DNA of 64,000 bases from the NCBI GenBank assembly GCA_045568775.1, contig JBJLAJ010000001.1:1596-65595 (forward strand), given 5' to 3'. Shown piece after piece: positions 9,426-19,715 of the stretch. This DNA is from Cytophagales bacterium. GTDB taxonomy: Bacteria; Bacteroidota; Bacteroidia; Cytophagales; MED-G16. Position 1 is the stretch's first letter. Each line of letters starts with the position of its first letter. The notes beneath the pieces were generated by a model. The model searched no databases and was not told the DNA's origin. It saw only the letters and a list, made by a program, of their open reading frames with translations. The position numbers were made by a program, and so were the translations under genes.

Positions 9426-11178
9426 TATTTCGATACTGCATCTCATATAATTTTTTATAATAACCTTTTAACTTCAATAATTCCTCATGTCTTCCTATCT
9501 CCTTAATCTCACCTGATTCAATAACTATGATCTTATCTACTTCTTTTATAGTTGAAAGCCTATGAGCTACAACTATCGAAGTTCTGTTTTTAAGAATCTC
9601 TGAAACTGCTCTTTGAATCATTGCCTCAGATTCAGAATCAACTGAAGAGGTAGCTTCATCTAATAATATAATTTTAGGATCATAAAGCATTATCCTAATA
9701 CAAGAAATTAACTGCCTTTGACCCACTGATAATGATACTCCTCTCTCCTTGACATCAAACAATAATTTATTTGGTAGTTTATCAATAAATTTTTCAGCCC
9801 CAACTTTTTTAATTGCAGACCAGACCTCTTTCTCAGATATGTTATCATTATAAAGGGTTATGTTATTTAGAATTGTATCTGAGAATAAGAAGACATCTTG
9901 TGATACTAACCCAAGATTATCTCTTAAAGATAAAATATTATAGTCTTCAATTTTTTTATTATCTACTAGAATACTTCCCTTCTGAAAATCATAAAATCTG
10001 TTTATTAGATTAATTATTGAAGTTTTGCCAGATCCAGTACTACCTACAAATCCTACAGATTCTCCTTTTTTAATTTTAAATGATATGTTTTTTAAAACAT
10101 ATTCATCATCATTATAGGCAAACCATATATTTTTAAACTCAACTTCACCATTAATATTAATATCTTGTATCCTTTCATTTGACTTTATGTCTTCAGTTCT
10201 ATCTAAAAGATCAAATATCCTTTTAGAACTTACAACGCCCATTTGGAGAGTATTAAAACGATCAGCAATAGCTCTTATTGGTCTAAAAAATAATTGGAGA
10301 TACATAATAAATGCAATTAGAACACCTAAAGTTACTTCCCCAGCAAAAAGCTGATTTGATCCAAACCATATAAGTAATCCAAGGCCTATTGATGTAAACA
10401 ATTCCATTACGGGGAAATAAACAGAATAGTATAAGACTGCCTTTAGGTTTGAATGAAGGTGGGTGTTGTTAATGTCTTTAAATTTCTTGTATTCTTTATC
10501 TTCATTCCCAAAAATCTGGACAATGTTCATTCCAACGATGTGCTCTTGAACAAAAGAGTTAAGGTTAGCGACTGCGTTTCTTACGTCATTAAAAGATACT
10601 TTAACCTTTTCCTTAAATATATAGGTTGTTAGGAAGAGGAATGGCAAAGTTGCAAGACTTATCAGAGTCAACTTCCAATTTATATAAAACATCAAGAAGA
10701 CGATCCCAAAAAGTTGTAAAACATCTCCGATTATAGAAGCAATTCCTTGACCAAAAATATCTGCAATTGTCTCAATATCTGAAACATTTCTAGTTACAAT
10801 TCTACCAATTGGTGTTTTATCAAAAAACTTGAGTCGGAAATTTTGAATATGAGAAAATAATTTTATTCTAATATCCTTTATTATATTTTGACCTAACCAA
10901 CCAGAAAGATATGTATGAAAATACATGACCACTGCGTTAAGGATCAATAAAGAGAACAGTAACACTATCATCTTTTTTAATCCAATTAAATCATTTGCCG
11001 AGACATAGTCATCAATTATTATTTGAGTAATGTATGGTCTAATAGGTTGTAAAACAGAAAGACTTAAAGTTAATATTATGAGTATATAAAAAACTTTCAT
11101 ATAGGGCCCACAAAAAACTAATAGGCGCTTTAAGATTTTTAGATCAAATAAATTACCACTAATATTTTTATCACTCAT
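9415..11178 (-). CDS. ABC exporter, fused TMD-NBD (partner subunit with degenerate signature)
   Basis: GSTGSGKTS, LSVGQRQ, LLDEATSSVD, AHRLST. Confidence 0.92.
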   Translation of the reverse strand: MSDKNISGNLFDLKILKRLLVFCGPYMKVFYILIILTLSLSVLQPIRPYITQIIIDDYVSANDLIGLKKMIVLLFSLLILNAVVMYFHTYLSGWLGQNIIKDIRIKLFSHIQNFRLKFFDKTPIGRIVTRNVSDIETIADIFGQGIASIIGDVLQLFGIVFLMFYINWKLTLISLATLPFLFLTTYIFKEKVKVSFNDVRNAVANLNSFVQEHIVGMNIVQIFGNEDKEYKKFKDINNTHLHSNLKAVLYYSVYFPVMELFTSIGLGLLIWFGSNQLFAGEVTLGVLIAFIMYLQLFFRPIRAIADRFNTLQMGVVSSKRIFDLLDRTEDIKSNERIQDININGEVEFKNIWFAYNDDEYVLKNISFKIKKGESVGFVGSTGSGKTSIINLINRFYDFQKGSILVDNKKIEDYNILSLRDNLGLVSQDVFLFSDTILNNITLYNDNISEKEVWSAIKKVGAEKFIDKLPNKLLFDVKERGVSLSVGQRQLISCIRIMLYDPKIILLDEATSSVDSESEAMIQRAVSEILKNRTSIVVAHRLSTIKEVDKIIVIESGEIKEIGRHEELLKLKGYYKKLYEMQYRNIMS

Positions 11179-11915
11179 ATATAAACATCTGCTTCATATA
11201 AAACATTTTGAAGATATAGGCCATGAGCAGGTGCTGATGGGCCTGCATGTTTTCTATCTTTTTTATTTATTATCTCTTCCAATGAGTCAATTTGAATTTT
11301 GTTTTCATTGATTTCAAAAAGAGTTCCCATAATAGCTCTAACCATTCCCCTTAAAAATCTATTAGAAGTTATCCTAAATAAATAAGAATTATTTTCTTCT
11401 TCTAACGCCGCATAAGATAATGTACAATTATAATTATTTACATCGGTTTTTACTTTTGAAAATGATTGAAGGTCTTTAAAATTTTTAATTATTTCACATG
11501 CTTTATTTAGTAATACTACGTTAATTTCTTTTGGATAAAAAAAAGAAAAGTCAGTAAGAAAAGGAGATTTTTTTGTGTGTATCTTATAAATATATTCTCT
11601 TGAAATAGCATCAAACCTTGCACTAACGTTATCTCTGACTTTATTAATAGAATTGATAGAAATATCACGTGGCAGTAAAGAATTTATCTTATATAAAAAA
11701 TTATCACCTAAATTATCATTATAGTCAAAATGAGCAATTTGAGAGATTGCGTGGACTCCAGTGTCTGTTCTTCCACTCCCCAATGTTTTAATTTCTGATT
11801 TTAATATCGTAGATAAAGATTTATCAATTACTTCTTGAATTGTTATTGCATTTTCTTGAATTTGCCAGCCATGATAATTTTTTCCAAAATATGATATATC
11901 AATAAAATATCTCAC
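11175..11915 (-). CDS. truA: tRNA pseudouridine(38-40) synthase
   Basis: YHGWQIQ, GSGRTDTGVHA, NRFLRGMVR, APAHGLYL. Confidence 0.96.
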   Translation of the reverse strand: MRYFIDISYFGKNYHGWQIQENAITIQEVIDKSLSTILKSEIKTLGSGRTDTGVHAISQIAHFDYNDNLGDNFLYKINSLLPRDISINSINKVRDNVSARFDAISREYIYKIHTKKSPFLTDFSFFYPKEINVVLLNKACEIIKNFKDLQSFSKVKTDVNNYNCTLSYAALEEENNSYLFRITSNRFLRGMVRAIMGTLFEINENKIQIDSLEEIINKKDRKHAGPSAPAHGLYLQNVLYEADVYI

Positions 11916-11955
11916 TTTTTAAATCATTTTATTTTTCTTTGTACAAAATACAGTC

Positions 11956-12438
11956 ATGATTCAGAGAATCCAAACAATATTACTTTTCTTATTTATTCTA
12001 ACATTAACATCAACCTTTTTTTTCCCTGTTTGGCAAAAAATAGAGATGAAAGACACTGAATCAGTTGACATAATAGTAACCGGTTATGTTTCAAGTGCTT
12101 TATTAGATGACGGTAATAAGGGAATAGTATATGATTACTTTTATATAAGTGGGATATTAATTTTATGTTGTTTACTAGCTATTTACTCAATATTTAGTTA
12201 CAAAAACCGACTAACCCAGATTAAAATTGGAACAGCAAATTCAATGTTAACTTCATCTGTTGTTTTCTTTTTTTTATATCAAATTTTTTACCATGAGGTA
12301 TATCAAAATATCAATGATAAAATCAGTTTTCTTATTTCATTTTATTTAATATTTTTGGCAATATTTTTCAATTTTCTAGCTAACAGGTTTATTAGAAAAG
12401 ATGAGTTGTTAGTAAGAGAATCGGATAGAATAAGATAA
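11956..12438 (+). CDS. DUF4293 membrane protein
   Basis: MIQRIQT N-terminus, YKNRLTQ, IRKDELLVRESDRIR C-terminus. Confidence 0.9.
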   Translation: MIQRIQTILLFLFILTLTSTFFFPVWQKIEMKDTESVDIIVTGYVSSALLDDGNKGIVYDYFYISGILILCCLLAIYSIFSYKNRLTQIKIGTANSMLTSSVVFFFLYQIFYHEVYQNINDKISFLISFYLIFLAIFFNFLANRFIRKDELLVRESDRIR

Positions 12439-12453
12439 AAAAAATTAAAAAAC

Positions 12454-14349
12454 GTGAAAGAAAAAGGTAACATATCAATTAATACTGAGAACATATTTCC
12501 AATAATTAAGAAATTTTTATACTCAGATCAAGACATATTTTTAAGGGAGTTAGTTTCCAATGCAGTAGATGCAACTCAAAAAATTAAAAGCCTATCTCAG
12601 ATGGGAGAACTCAAAGAAGAAATAGGTGATCTGAGAATTGAGGTGATTCTTGACAAGAAGAAAAAAACAATTACAATTTCAGATAAAGGGATTGGAATGT
12701 CAGCAGAAGAAATTAAAAAATATATAAATCAAATTGCTTTTTCTGGAGCCACAGAATTTATTGAAAAATATAAAGAAAAAGGAGACTCACAACAGATAAT
12801 TGGTCATTTTGGATTAGGTTTTTATTCAGCATTTATGGTCTCATCTTATGTAGAAATTAAGTCAAAGTCTTATATCAAAAAAAATAAAGCAGCTTATTGG
12901 AAGTGTGACGGAAACACAGAATTTGAAATTAAAGAGTCTAAGAAAAAAGACAGAGGAACTGAAGTAATCCTCCACATAAATGATGATTCTAAAGAATTTT
13001 TAGAAGAAGCTAAAATCAATGAAATATTAGGCAGGTACTGTAAGTTCTTACCGGTTGAAATAAAATTCGGTCAAAAAGAGGAGTCAGTAGAAGACGGAAA
13101 AGACAAAGAGGGTAAGCCAAAGCATAAGACTGTTAAAACTGACAATATTGTAAATAATCCTAACCCCATTTGGAATAAAAGCCCTAAAGACCTTAAAGAT
13201 GATGATTATAAGGCTTTTTATAAGGAACTTTACCCTTTCTCAGAAGAACCTTTATTCTGGATTCACCTTAATGTCGACTACCCTTTTAATTTAACAGGAA
13301 TCTTATATTTTCCTAAAATTAAAAATGATTTTGAGGTCCAGAAAAATAAAATACAACTGTACTCCAGACAAGTTTTTATTACTGATGAAGTGAAGGATGT
13401 TGTCCCAGAGTTTTTAATGCTTCTGCATGGCATTATTGATTCACCGGACATCCCATTAAATGTATCTAGAAGCTATCTTCAATCAGACGGTAACGTCAAG
13501 AAGATAAATACATATATAACAAAAAAAGTTGCTGACAAGCTTAACGAATTATTTAAAGATGACAGAAAAGAGTTCGAAAACAAGTGGAAAGACATAAACT
13601 TATTCGTAAAGTATGGGATGATATCTGAAGAAAAATTTTATGAGAAAGTAGAGTCATTGGCTTTATTTGAAAGTGTTGACGGTAAGATGAGAACCACTGA
13701 AGAGTACAAAAAACACATTGGTAAGACACAGAAGGATAAAGATAAAAACCATATTATTTTATATACATCTGACATCAATAAACAAGATTCATTTATTCAA
13801 GATGCTAAAAACAGAAATCATGATGTTGTAATCTTTAATAATGTTATTGATAGTCACTATATAAATCATCTAGAACAAAAGCTTGATAAAGTACAAATTA
13901 AAAGAGTTGATTCAGATATACTCGATAAACTAATAGACAAGGGGGATAAAAAAGAAACAGTTATCTCAGATAAAGACAAAGAAAAATTAAAGACAATTTT
14001 TGACAAGATTATTAATAACCAATCTACTGTTGTGACTATTGAGGCATTAAGCCCGAAAGACAATCCGGTTACAATAACGTTACCAGAGTTTTTTAGGAGA
14101 ATGCAAGATATGGCGAAAACAAGTGGTGGCGGAAATCCAATGATGATGGGTGGGCCAGGTGAAATGATAGCTGTTAGCATTAATGGAAATCATAAAACGA
14201 TAGAAAAAATTTTAAAGGCAAAAACTTCGAAGACAAAAGAAAAAATGGCGTCTCAACTTTATGATTTAGCTCTTTTATCTCAGAATATGTTAACAGGATC
14301 AGAGTTGACAAGTTTTGTTAAGAGGAGCCTAGATATTTTAGCTAAATAA
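12454..14349 (+). CDS. htpG: Chaperone HtpG (Hsp90)
   Basis: IFLRELVSNAVDA, IGHFGLGFYSAFMV, DSPDIPLNVSRS. Confidence 0.97.
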   Translation: MKEKGNISINTENIFPIIKKFLYSDQDIFLRELVSNAVDATQKIKSLSQMGELKEEIGDLRIEVILDKKKKTITISDKGIGMSAEEIKKYINQIAFSGATEFIEKYKEKGDSQQIIGHFGLGFYSAFMVSSYVEIKSKSYIKKNKAAYWKCDGNTEFEIKESKKKDRGTEVILHINDDSKEFLEEAKINEILGRYCKFLPVEIKFGQKEESVEDGKDKEGKPKHKTVKTDNIVNNPNPIWNKSPKDLKDDDYKAFYKELYPFSEEPLFWIHLNVDYPFNLTGILYFPKIKNDFEVQKNKIQLYSRQVFITDEVKDVVPEFLMLLHGIIDSPDIPLNVSRSYLQSDGNVKKINTYITKKVADKLNELFKDDRKEFENKWKDINLFVKYGMISEEKFYEKVESLALFESVDGKMRTTEEYKKHIGKTQKDKDKNHIILYTSDINKQDSFIQDAKNRNHDVVIFNNVIDSHYINHLEQKLDKVQIKRVDSDILDKLIDKGDKKETVISDKDKEKLKTIFDKIINNQSTVVTIEALSPKDNPVTITLPEFFRRMQDMAKTSGGGNPMMMGGPGEMIAVSINGNHKTIEKILKAKTSKTKEKMASQLYDLALLSQNMLTGSELTSFVKRSLDILAK

Positions 14350-14378
14350 TTTTTTTGATATAAATTCGTTTTCAAGAT

Positions 14379-15188
14379 ATGAGAAAGATTCTTTACATTT
14401 TTATATCATTGTTTTTATTGCCTAATCAAAAAATATTTTCACAAGACCTTTTTAGATTAAACGTAGACACAATATCGACTGCCGACCTGTTATTCCTAGA
14501 GGATGAAGACACTTTAATGATAGATGAAAAAAAGAAAAAAAAGCGAAATGTATATTTTGGCATAAAAACTAAAAAAGGATTTATTAGATCATCAAGTGGA
14601 AGAAATTTAATTTATGAAAACTTTCACTATATAAAACAGTCCGAAATAAAAAATGACTATGCTCAAGAGATTTATTTTTATGATAAAAAGAAAAAGAAAA
14701 TAATAAGATCAAAAAGTATTATTGAAGATGCAGTTATGATGCACGGTCCTTATAAAAAAAGATTAGGGGAACAAATTATAGAAGAAGGAATTTTCTATTA
14801 CGGACTGAAACACAGCAGATGGGTTCGCCTTAACAGGTCCGATATTTTACAAGACAAAGAAATTTTTTCTCTTGGGTGGTATTACGAGTCAATTAGATCC
14901 TTTTGGGATAGAGACAAAAAAAATTTGAGAGATATCATTCCTATAAAATTTGGTGAAAAAAACGGAATGTATTATGCTTTTTATGAAAACGGAAATGTTG
15001 CTGCTAAAGGTGAATATAAATTTGATGAACCTGTAGGAGTATGGACCGAATATTATAATTCCGGGAAGAAGAAAAGGGAAATAAAATATGAAGAATCTCC
15101 TTTGAATTTTAATGAATCATTTATTAGTAAGGAATGGAATATAAGTGGTAAATTGATTTATGATAGAAACTTATTTTTGAAAAAATAA
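14379..15188 (+). CDS. Secreted MORN-variant (YwqK-like) repeat protein
   Basis: Signal peptide; YENGNVAAKGEY..PVGVWTEYYNSG repeats. Confidence 0.75.
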   Translation: MRKILYIFISLFLLPNQKIFSQDLFRLNVDTISTADLLFLEDEDTLMIDEKKKKKRNVYFGIKTKKGFIRSSSGRNLIYENFHYIKQSEIKNDYAQEIYFYDKKKKKIIRSKSIIEDAVMMHGPYKKRLGEQIIEEGIFYYGLKHSRWVRLNRSDILQDKEIFSLGWYYESIRSFWDRDKKNLRDIIPIKFGEKNGMYYAFYENGNVAAKGEYKFDEPVGVWTEYYNSGKKKREIKYEESPLNFNESFISKEWNISGKLIYDRNLFLKK

Positions 15189-15210
15189 GCTTTTAAAATT
15201 CTTAAAAGTC

Positions 15211-15918
15211 TTGAACAATTTAATAAACAAAAAAGTTAAAATAATTCAACTCGGTCATATCGAATACCAAGAAGCCTGGGATAAACAAGAAAAAATTTTT
15301 AAAAAAATTATTAGTACTAAAATCAATAATCGTAAAAATAAAAAAACAGATCAAACAGAAAATTACCTTTTATCATGTTCCCACCCTCACGTGTATACTT
15401 TGGGGAGAAGTGGTGATGAAGAAAATCTATTAATAGATAAAAACTTTATTAAAAAAGAGAACCTAAGTTTTTATAAAATAAATAGAGGTGGAGACATAAC
15501 ATATCACGGGCCAGGCCAGATTGTAATCTATCCTATTTTGGACTTAGAAAATTTTTTCACTGATATTCATAAATATTTAAGGTTACTTGAAGAGTCTGTT
15601 ATTTTAACATTGAAAAAATTAAATATTGAATCAGGTAGAGTTGAGGGCTTAACTGGAGTATGGGTAAATCACAATAGCAATACTCCAAAAAAAATATGCG
15701 CTATGGGAGTTAAAAGCAGCAGGTGGGTAACAATGCATGGACTTGCTTTAAATGTTAATACTGATTTAAAATATTTTCAAAATATAATTCCTTGTGGAAT
15801 ACAAGGTAAAGACGTAACGTCTATAGATAAGGAGATTAAGGATAAAATATCTTTGGAAAAAGTAGAAAAAATTTTAATTAAAAACCTTTCTAAAGTCTTT
15901 GAGTTTAAAATCATATAA
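15211..15918 (+). CDS. lipB: Lipoyl(octanoyl) transferase
   Basis: HPHVYTLG, RGGDITYHGPGQ, KICAMG, HGLALN, IIPCG. Confidence 0.96.
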   Translation: MNNLINKKVKIIQLGHIEYQEAWDKQEKIFKKIISTKINNRKNKKTDQTENYLLSCSHPHVYTLGRSGDEENLLIDKNFIKKENLSFYKINRGGDITYHGPGQIVIYPILDLENFFTDIHKYLRLLEESVILTLKKLNIESGRVEGLTGVWVNHNSNTPKKICAMGVKSSRWVTMHGLALNVNTDLKYFQNIIPCGIQGKDVTSIDKEIKDKISLEKVEKILIKNLSKVFEFKII

Positions 15919-15919
15919 A

Positions 15920-17857
15920 ATGAAATTTAAAAAAAGAAAAAAGAAAAGGAACCAATCAAATCTTAATACACTAAGAGGAGTTGTCGATCATGTTAACAGG
16001 AAGTATGCATTTGTAATTACTGATGAGTTTTCTGAGGATATAAAGGTGAGGAGTAGATCTATGAACGGAGCTATTCATGGTGATAAAGTAGAAATAAAAA
16101 TATCTAATAACCTAAATAGAAAAAGCTTAGAGGGAGAAATAATAAAAGTTCTGGAAAGAAACACCTATGAATTTATTGGCACAGTAGAGGACAGTAAAGG
16201 TTTTGCTTTTTTTATTCCAAAAAACAAAAAAGTATACATAGATTTTTTTGTAAGAAAAAAAAGATCTGAAAAGTTTTCAAAAAACAAAAAATATATTGCT
16301 AAAATAGTAGACTGGGGAAATTCAAATAAAAAACCAGAAGCACAAATTATTAAGTGCATTGGTAATATTGGAGAGAATGAAACAGAAATAAATTCAATAA
16401 TATATGACTTCAATTTGCCATTAAAATTTCCGAAAAACATAATAGAAGAGACTAATAATCTAAGTGAAGACATCCCTGAAAAAGAAATTCTTAAAAGAAA
16501 AGACTTAAGACACCTTGACTCCTTTACAATAGATCCGGATGACGCAAAGGATTTTGATGATGCCCTCTCTATTGAAAAAGATAATGGTCATTATAAAATT
16601 GGAATTCACATAGCAGATGTGTCACATTTTTTTAATAGCAGATCACAAATAAATAATGAAGCAGAGAAAAGAGCTACATCAGTTTATTTAGTAGATAGGA
16701 CTATTCCAATGTTACCTGAAAAATTATCAAATAACTTATGCTCTTTAAAGCCTAATGTCGACAGGCTGACTTTTTCTGTATTAATTAAAATGGATGAAAG
16801 ATTTAAAATTATAAGCTACTGGGTTGGGAGAACTGTCATTCACTCAAAAAAAAGATTTACTTATGATGAAGCTCAATTATCAATTGATAACACGGACGGT
16901 CTTTTTCATGAAGAACTCAATAATCTAAATGAAATTGCTAAAAATGTTAGAAAAAAAAGATTTGAATCTGGTTCTTTTAACTTTAGGAGCAACGAGGTCA
17001 AATTCAAACTTGATGAGGATAAAAAGCCAGTTGGTGTATATAAAAAATTGAGAAAGGACACTCACAAATTAGTTGAAGAATATATGCTTCTTGCAAATAA
17101 AATTGTAGCAGAACTAATTATCAATCACGAAAAAAAACAAAGTAAAAGTTTTCCTTTTGTTTATAGAATTCATGAAGACCCAGAGCAACAGAAAATAAGT
17201 GAATTAAAAAATTATATTAAACAGTACGGATACTCCATAAACTCTAATGAAAATAATTTAGCAGTTTCATTAAATAACCTAATGAAAGAGATAAAAGGAA
17301 AGCCTGAAGAATCATCTATTGAAAAATTTGCTATAAGATCTATGTCTAAAGCAAAATACTCAACAAATAAAGAAAAACATTTTGGTCTGTCTTTTAGACA
17401 TTATACACATTTTACTTCTCCAATAAGAAGGTTCCCAGATGTTATGGTCCATCGACTTATAAGTGACTACACAAACGGAAGTAAACCAAAAGATAAAAGA
17501 TATTATGATATAATGTGTAAGCATAGCACTAAGATGGAAATCAATGCAACAAAAGCAGAAAGAGAATCAATAAAATATAAACAAGCAGAGTACATGTCTA
17601 ATTTTATTGGTAAAAGTTTTCAAGCCACAATCTCCGGAATAACTGAATGGGGTATATATGGTGAAATAATTGAGAACCACTGTGAGGGATTAATAAGAAT
17701 ATCAAGCATGAAAGATGATAGATATGAATTTGACAATGAAAAAATTAGAATTGTTGGCCGAAATAATAAAAAAATCTTTAGGTTAGGACAAGTTATTAAA
17801 GTAAAAGTAATCGATACTGACATAGAAAAAAGAACCATTGATTTAGTTTTAGTATGA
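15920..17857 (+). CDS. rnr: Ribonuclease R
   Basis: TIDPDDAKDFDDALS, HFTSPIRR, C-terminal S1 domain; ATG at 15920 preferred. Confidence 0.95.
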   Translation: MKFKKRKKKRNQSNLNTLRGVVDHVNRKYAFVITDEFSEDIKVRSRSMNGAIHGDKVEIKISNNLNRKSLEGEIIKVLERNTYEFIGTVEDSKGFAFFIPKNKKVYIDFFVRKKRSEKFSKNKKYIAKIVDWGNSNKKPEAQIIKCIGNIGENETEINSIIYDFNLPLKFPKNIIEETNNLSEDIPEKEILKRKDLRHLDSFTIDPDDAKDFDDALSIEKDNGHYKIGIHIADVSHFFNSRSQINNEAEKRATSVYLVDRTIPMLPEKLSNNLCSLKPNVDRLTFSVLIKMDERFKIISYWVGRTVIHSKKRFTYDEAQLSIDNTDGLFHEELNNLNEIAKNVRKKRFESGSFNFRSNEVKFKLDEDKKPVGVYKKLRKDTHKLVEEYMLLANKIVAELIINHEKKQSKSFPFVYRIHEDPEQQKISELKNYIKQYGYSINSNENNLAVSLNNLMKEIKGKPEESSIEKFAIRSMSKAKYSTNKEKHFGLSFRHYTHFTSPIRRFPDVMVHRLISDYTNGSKPKDKRYYDIMCKHSTKMEINATKAERESIKYKQAEYMSNFIGKSFQATISGITEWGIYGEIIENHCEGLIRISSMKDDRYEFDNEKIRIVGRNNKKIFRLGQVIKVKVIDTDIEKRTIDLVLV

Positions 17858-18822
17858 CAGACAGTAAAGAATATATCAGGAGGATAAACTCTGAAATAGA
17901 AAAAATAAAAATCTCCGGAGAACCAGATGAATTATATAAACCAATTCAATATATTCTCAATTTAAAAAGCAAAAGAGTTCGTCCAATACTCTCAATGATG
18001 GGATATAGACTTTTTAATAAAAAAATTGAAAAAATATATAAGCCATCAATAGCGATAGAATTCTTTCACAATTTCACACTAATTCATGATGATATTATGG
18101 ATAATGCCTCACTGAGGAGAGGAAATGACACTGTCCATAATAAATGGAATAAAAACATAGGTATTTTATCTGGAGATTTACTGATGATATTTGCTTTTAA
18201 AATGTTAGAAGACATAGATAATGGAAATCTTAAAGAAATTCTTAAAAGGTTTAATGATATAGCCATCAAAGTTTGTGAGGGACAACAATATGATTTGAAC
18301 TTTGAAAGTGAAAAGGATATCTCTGAAAGTGATTACTTGAATATGATAAAATTAAAAACAGCTGTACTAATCGGCTTTAGCTTAGAATTAGGTGGATTAA
18401 TTGCAAATCAAAAAAAAGAGATTACAAACAAACTTTATAAAGCTGGGGAACTAATGGGGATTGCCTTTCAACTTATGGATGATCACCTAGATGTTTTTGG
18501 AAGTGAAAAATTTGGAAAAAAAATAGGGGGAGATATTGTCTTAAACAAAAAGACCTATTTGATGATTAAATTATTAGAAGAAGCAAGCGAAGATGATTTA
18601 CATGATATTAAAAAATGGGTAAAGACTAAGAACAAGGAAGAAGAAAAAATTAAAATAATTACCAGTCTATTAAAAAAATATGATATTGATTTAAAATCAG
18701 AGAAGCTAACAAATAAATATTTTTCAGAAGGAATGAAGATTTTAAATGATATAAGGTCTGACAAGAATCAAATGAATCATTTAAAAAGCTATTTTGAAAA
18801 CCTTTTGGTAAGAAATAATTAA
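17854..18822 (+). CDS. Polyprenyl (trans-isoprenyl) diphosphate synthase
   Basis: [15 protein letters not shown] (first Asp-rich motif), FQLMDDHLD (second Asp-rich motif). Confidence 0.93.
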   Translation: MTDSKEYIRRINSEIEKIKISGEPDELYKPIQYILNLKSKRVRPILSMMGYRLFNKKIEKIYKPSIAIEFFHNFTLIHDDIMDNASLRRGNDTVHNKWNKNIGILSGDLLMIFAFKMLEDIDNGNLKEILKRFNDIAIKVCEGQQYDLNFESEKDISESDYLNMIKLKTAVLIGFSLELGGLIANQKKEITNKLYKAGELMGIAFQLMDDHLDVFGSEKFGKKIGGDIVLNKKTYLMIKLLEEASEDDLHDIKKWVKTKNKEEEKIKIITSLLKKYDIDLKSEKLTNKYFSEGMKILNDIRSDKNQMNHLKSYFENLLVRNN

Positions 18823-19076
18823 TTTTCCTGAACTACTGAAACAAAAGATCTGTTGTTTCTTCTTTTCTTAAATTCTACAACACCATCTGATAGAGCAAAT
18901 AATGTATGGTCTTTTCCCATACCAACATTGTTTCCTGCATGGTGCTTGGTCCCTCGCTGCCTCACAATAATATTACCAGCAATTATTTTTTGCCCACCGA
19001 AAATTTTAATACCGAGCCTTTTACTATGTGACTCTCTTCCGTTTTTAGAGCTACCCGCTCCTTTTTTATGTGCCAT
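18819..19076 (-). CDS. rpmA: 50S ribosomal protein bL27
   Basis: [24 protein letters not shown]. Confidence 0.98.
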   Translation of the reverse strand: MAHKKGAGSSKNGRESHSKRLGIKIFGGQKIIAGNIIVRQRGTKHHAGNNVGMGKDHTLFALSDGVVEFKKRRNNRSFVSVVQEN

Positions 19077-19079
19077 AAC

Positions 19080-19388
19080 TTATTTTATATCTTTAATTAA
19101 TATTTTAGTCATTAGTTGTCTGTGACCATTTTTCACTTTGTAGCCTTTCCTTCTCTTCTTTTTAAAGACTATAACCTTATCATCTTTAAGTTGAGAAAGA
19201 ACCTCACCTGTAACTTTGGAACCTTTAACTGTTGGCTTACCAAGTTTTATTTTACCCTTATCACTTATCAACAAAACATTGTCAAACTCAACTTTTTTAC
19301 CAGATTTGGGTTCAACTTTATCCGTATAGATAAACTTGTTTTTTTCAACTTTAAATTGTTTGCCTGAAATTTCTACAATTGCATACAT
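19080..19388 (-). CDS. rplU: 50S ribosomal protein bL21
   Basis: MYAIVEISGKQFKV, KKKRRKGYKVKNGHRQ. Confidence 0.98.
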   Translation of the reverse strand: MYAIVEISGKQFKVEKNKFIYTDKVEPKSGKKVEFDNVLLISDKGKIKLGKPTVKGSKVTGEVLSQLKDDKVIVFKKKRRKGYKVKNGHRQLMTKILIKDIK

Positions 19389-19412
19389 CTTCTATTGTTT
19401 TTAAAACGAGTG

Positions 19413-19443
19413 CAAATTTATGATTTTATATCTATTAATCAAA
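19413..19443 (-). promoter_or_regulatory. rplU-rpmA promoter
   Basis: TTTG-N19-TAAATTTG on minus strand, exact Bacteroidota consensus. Confidence 0.8.
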
Positions 19444-19500
19444 TCAAAAAAATCAAATTAAAAAAAAATTAAAAAAAAATGAAAAACGATTGAAATAAGT

Positions 19501-19532
19501 TTTGATATTTTAAAGTCTTTTTATAATATTTG
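19501..19532 (+). promoter_or_regulatory. Probable nrdBA promoter
   Basis: TTTG-N20-AATATTTG, one mismatch to TAnnTTTG. Confidence 0.55.
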
Positions 19533-19715
19533 TACAGCCTAGATCAAGAACAAATTTTTACTTAAATTTTCTTGATTACAGCTTCCAAACACAAAGATTA
19601 TAAACCACTTAATTGACTAAAGCATTTTAGTCATTATGTTACAATACATTTAATGTAATGACGAGGATATTTTTGTCTTTTTTTTATTGTTTAATAAATA
19701 ATATTAATAAATACA

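Noticed and set aside
14379-15188. YwqK-like antitoxin implying a toxin-antitoxin system
   Set aside because: Only generic MORN-variant repeats with a signal peptide, and no neighbouring toxin
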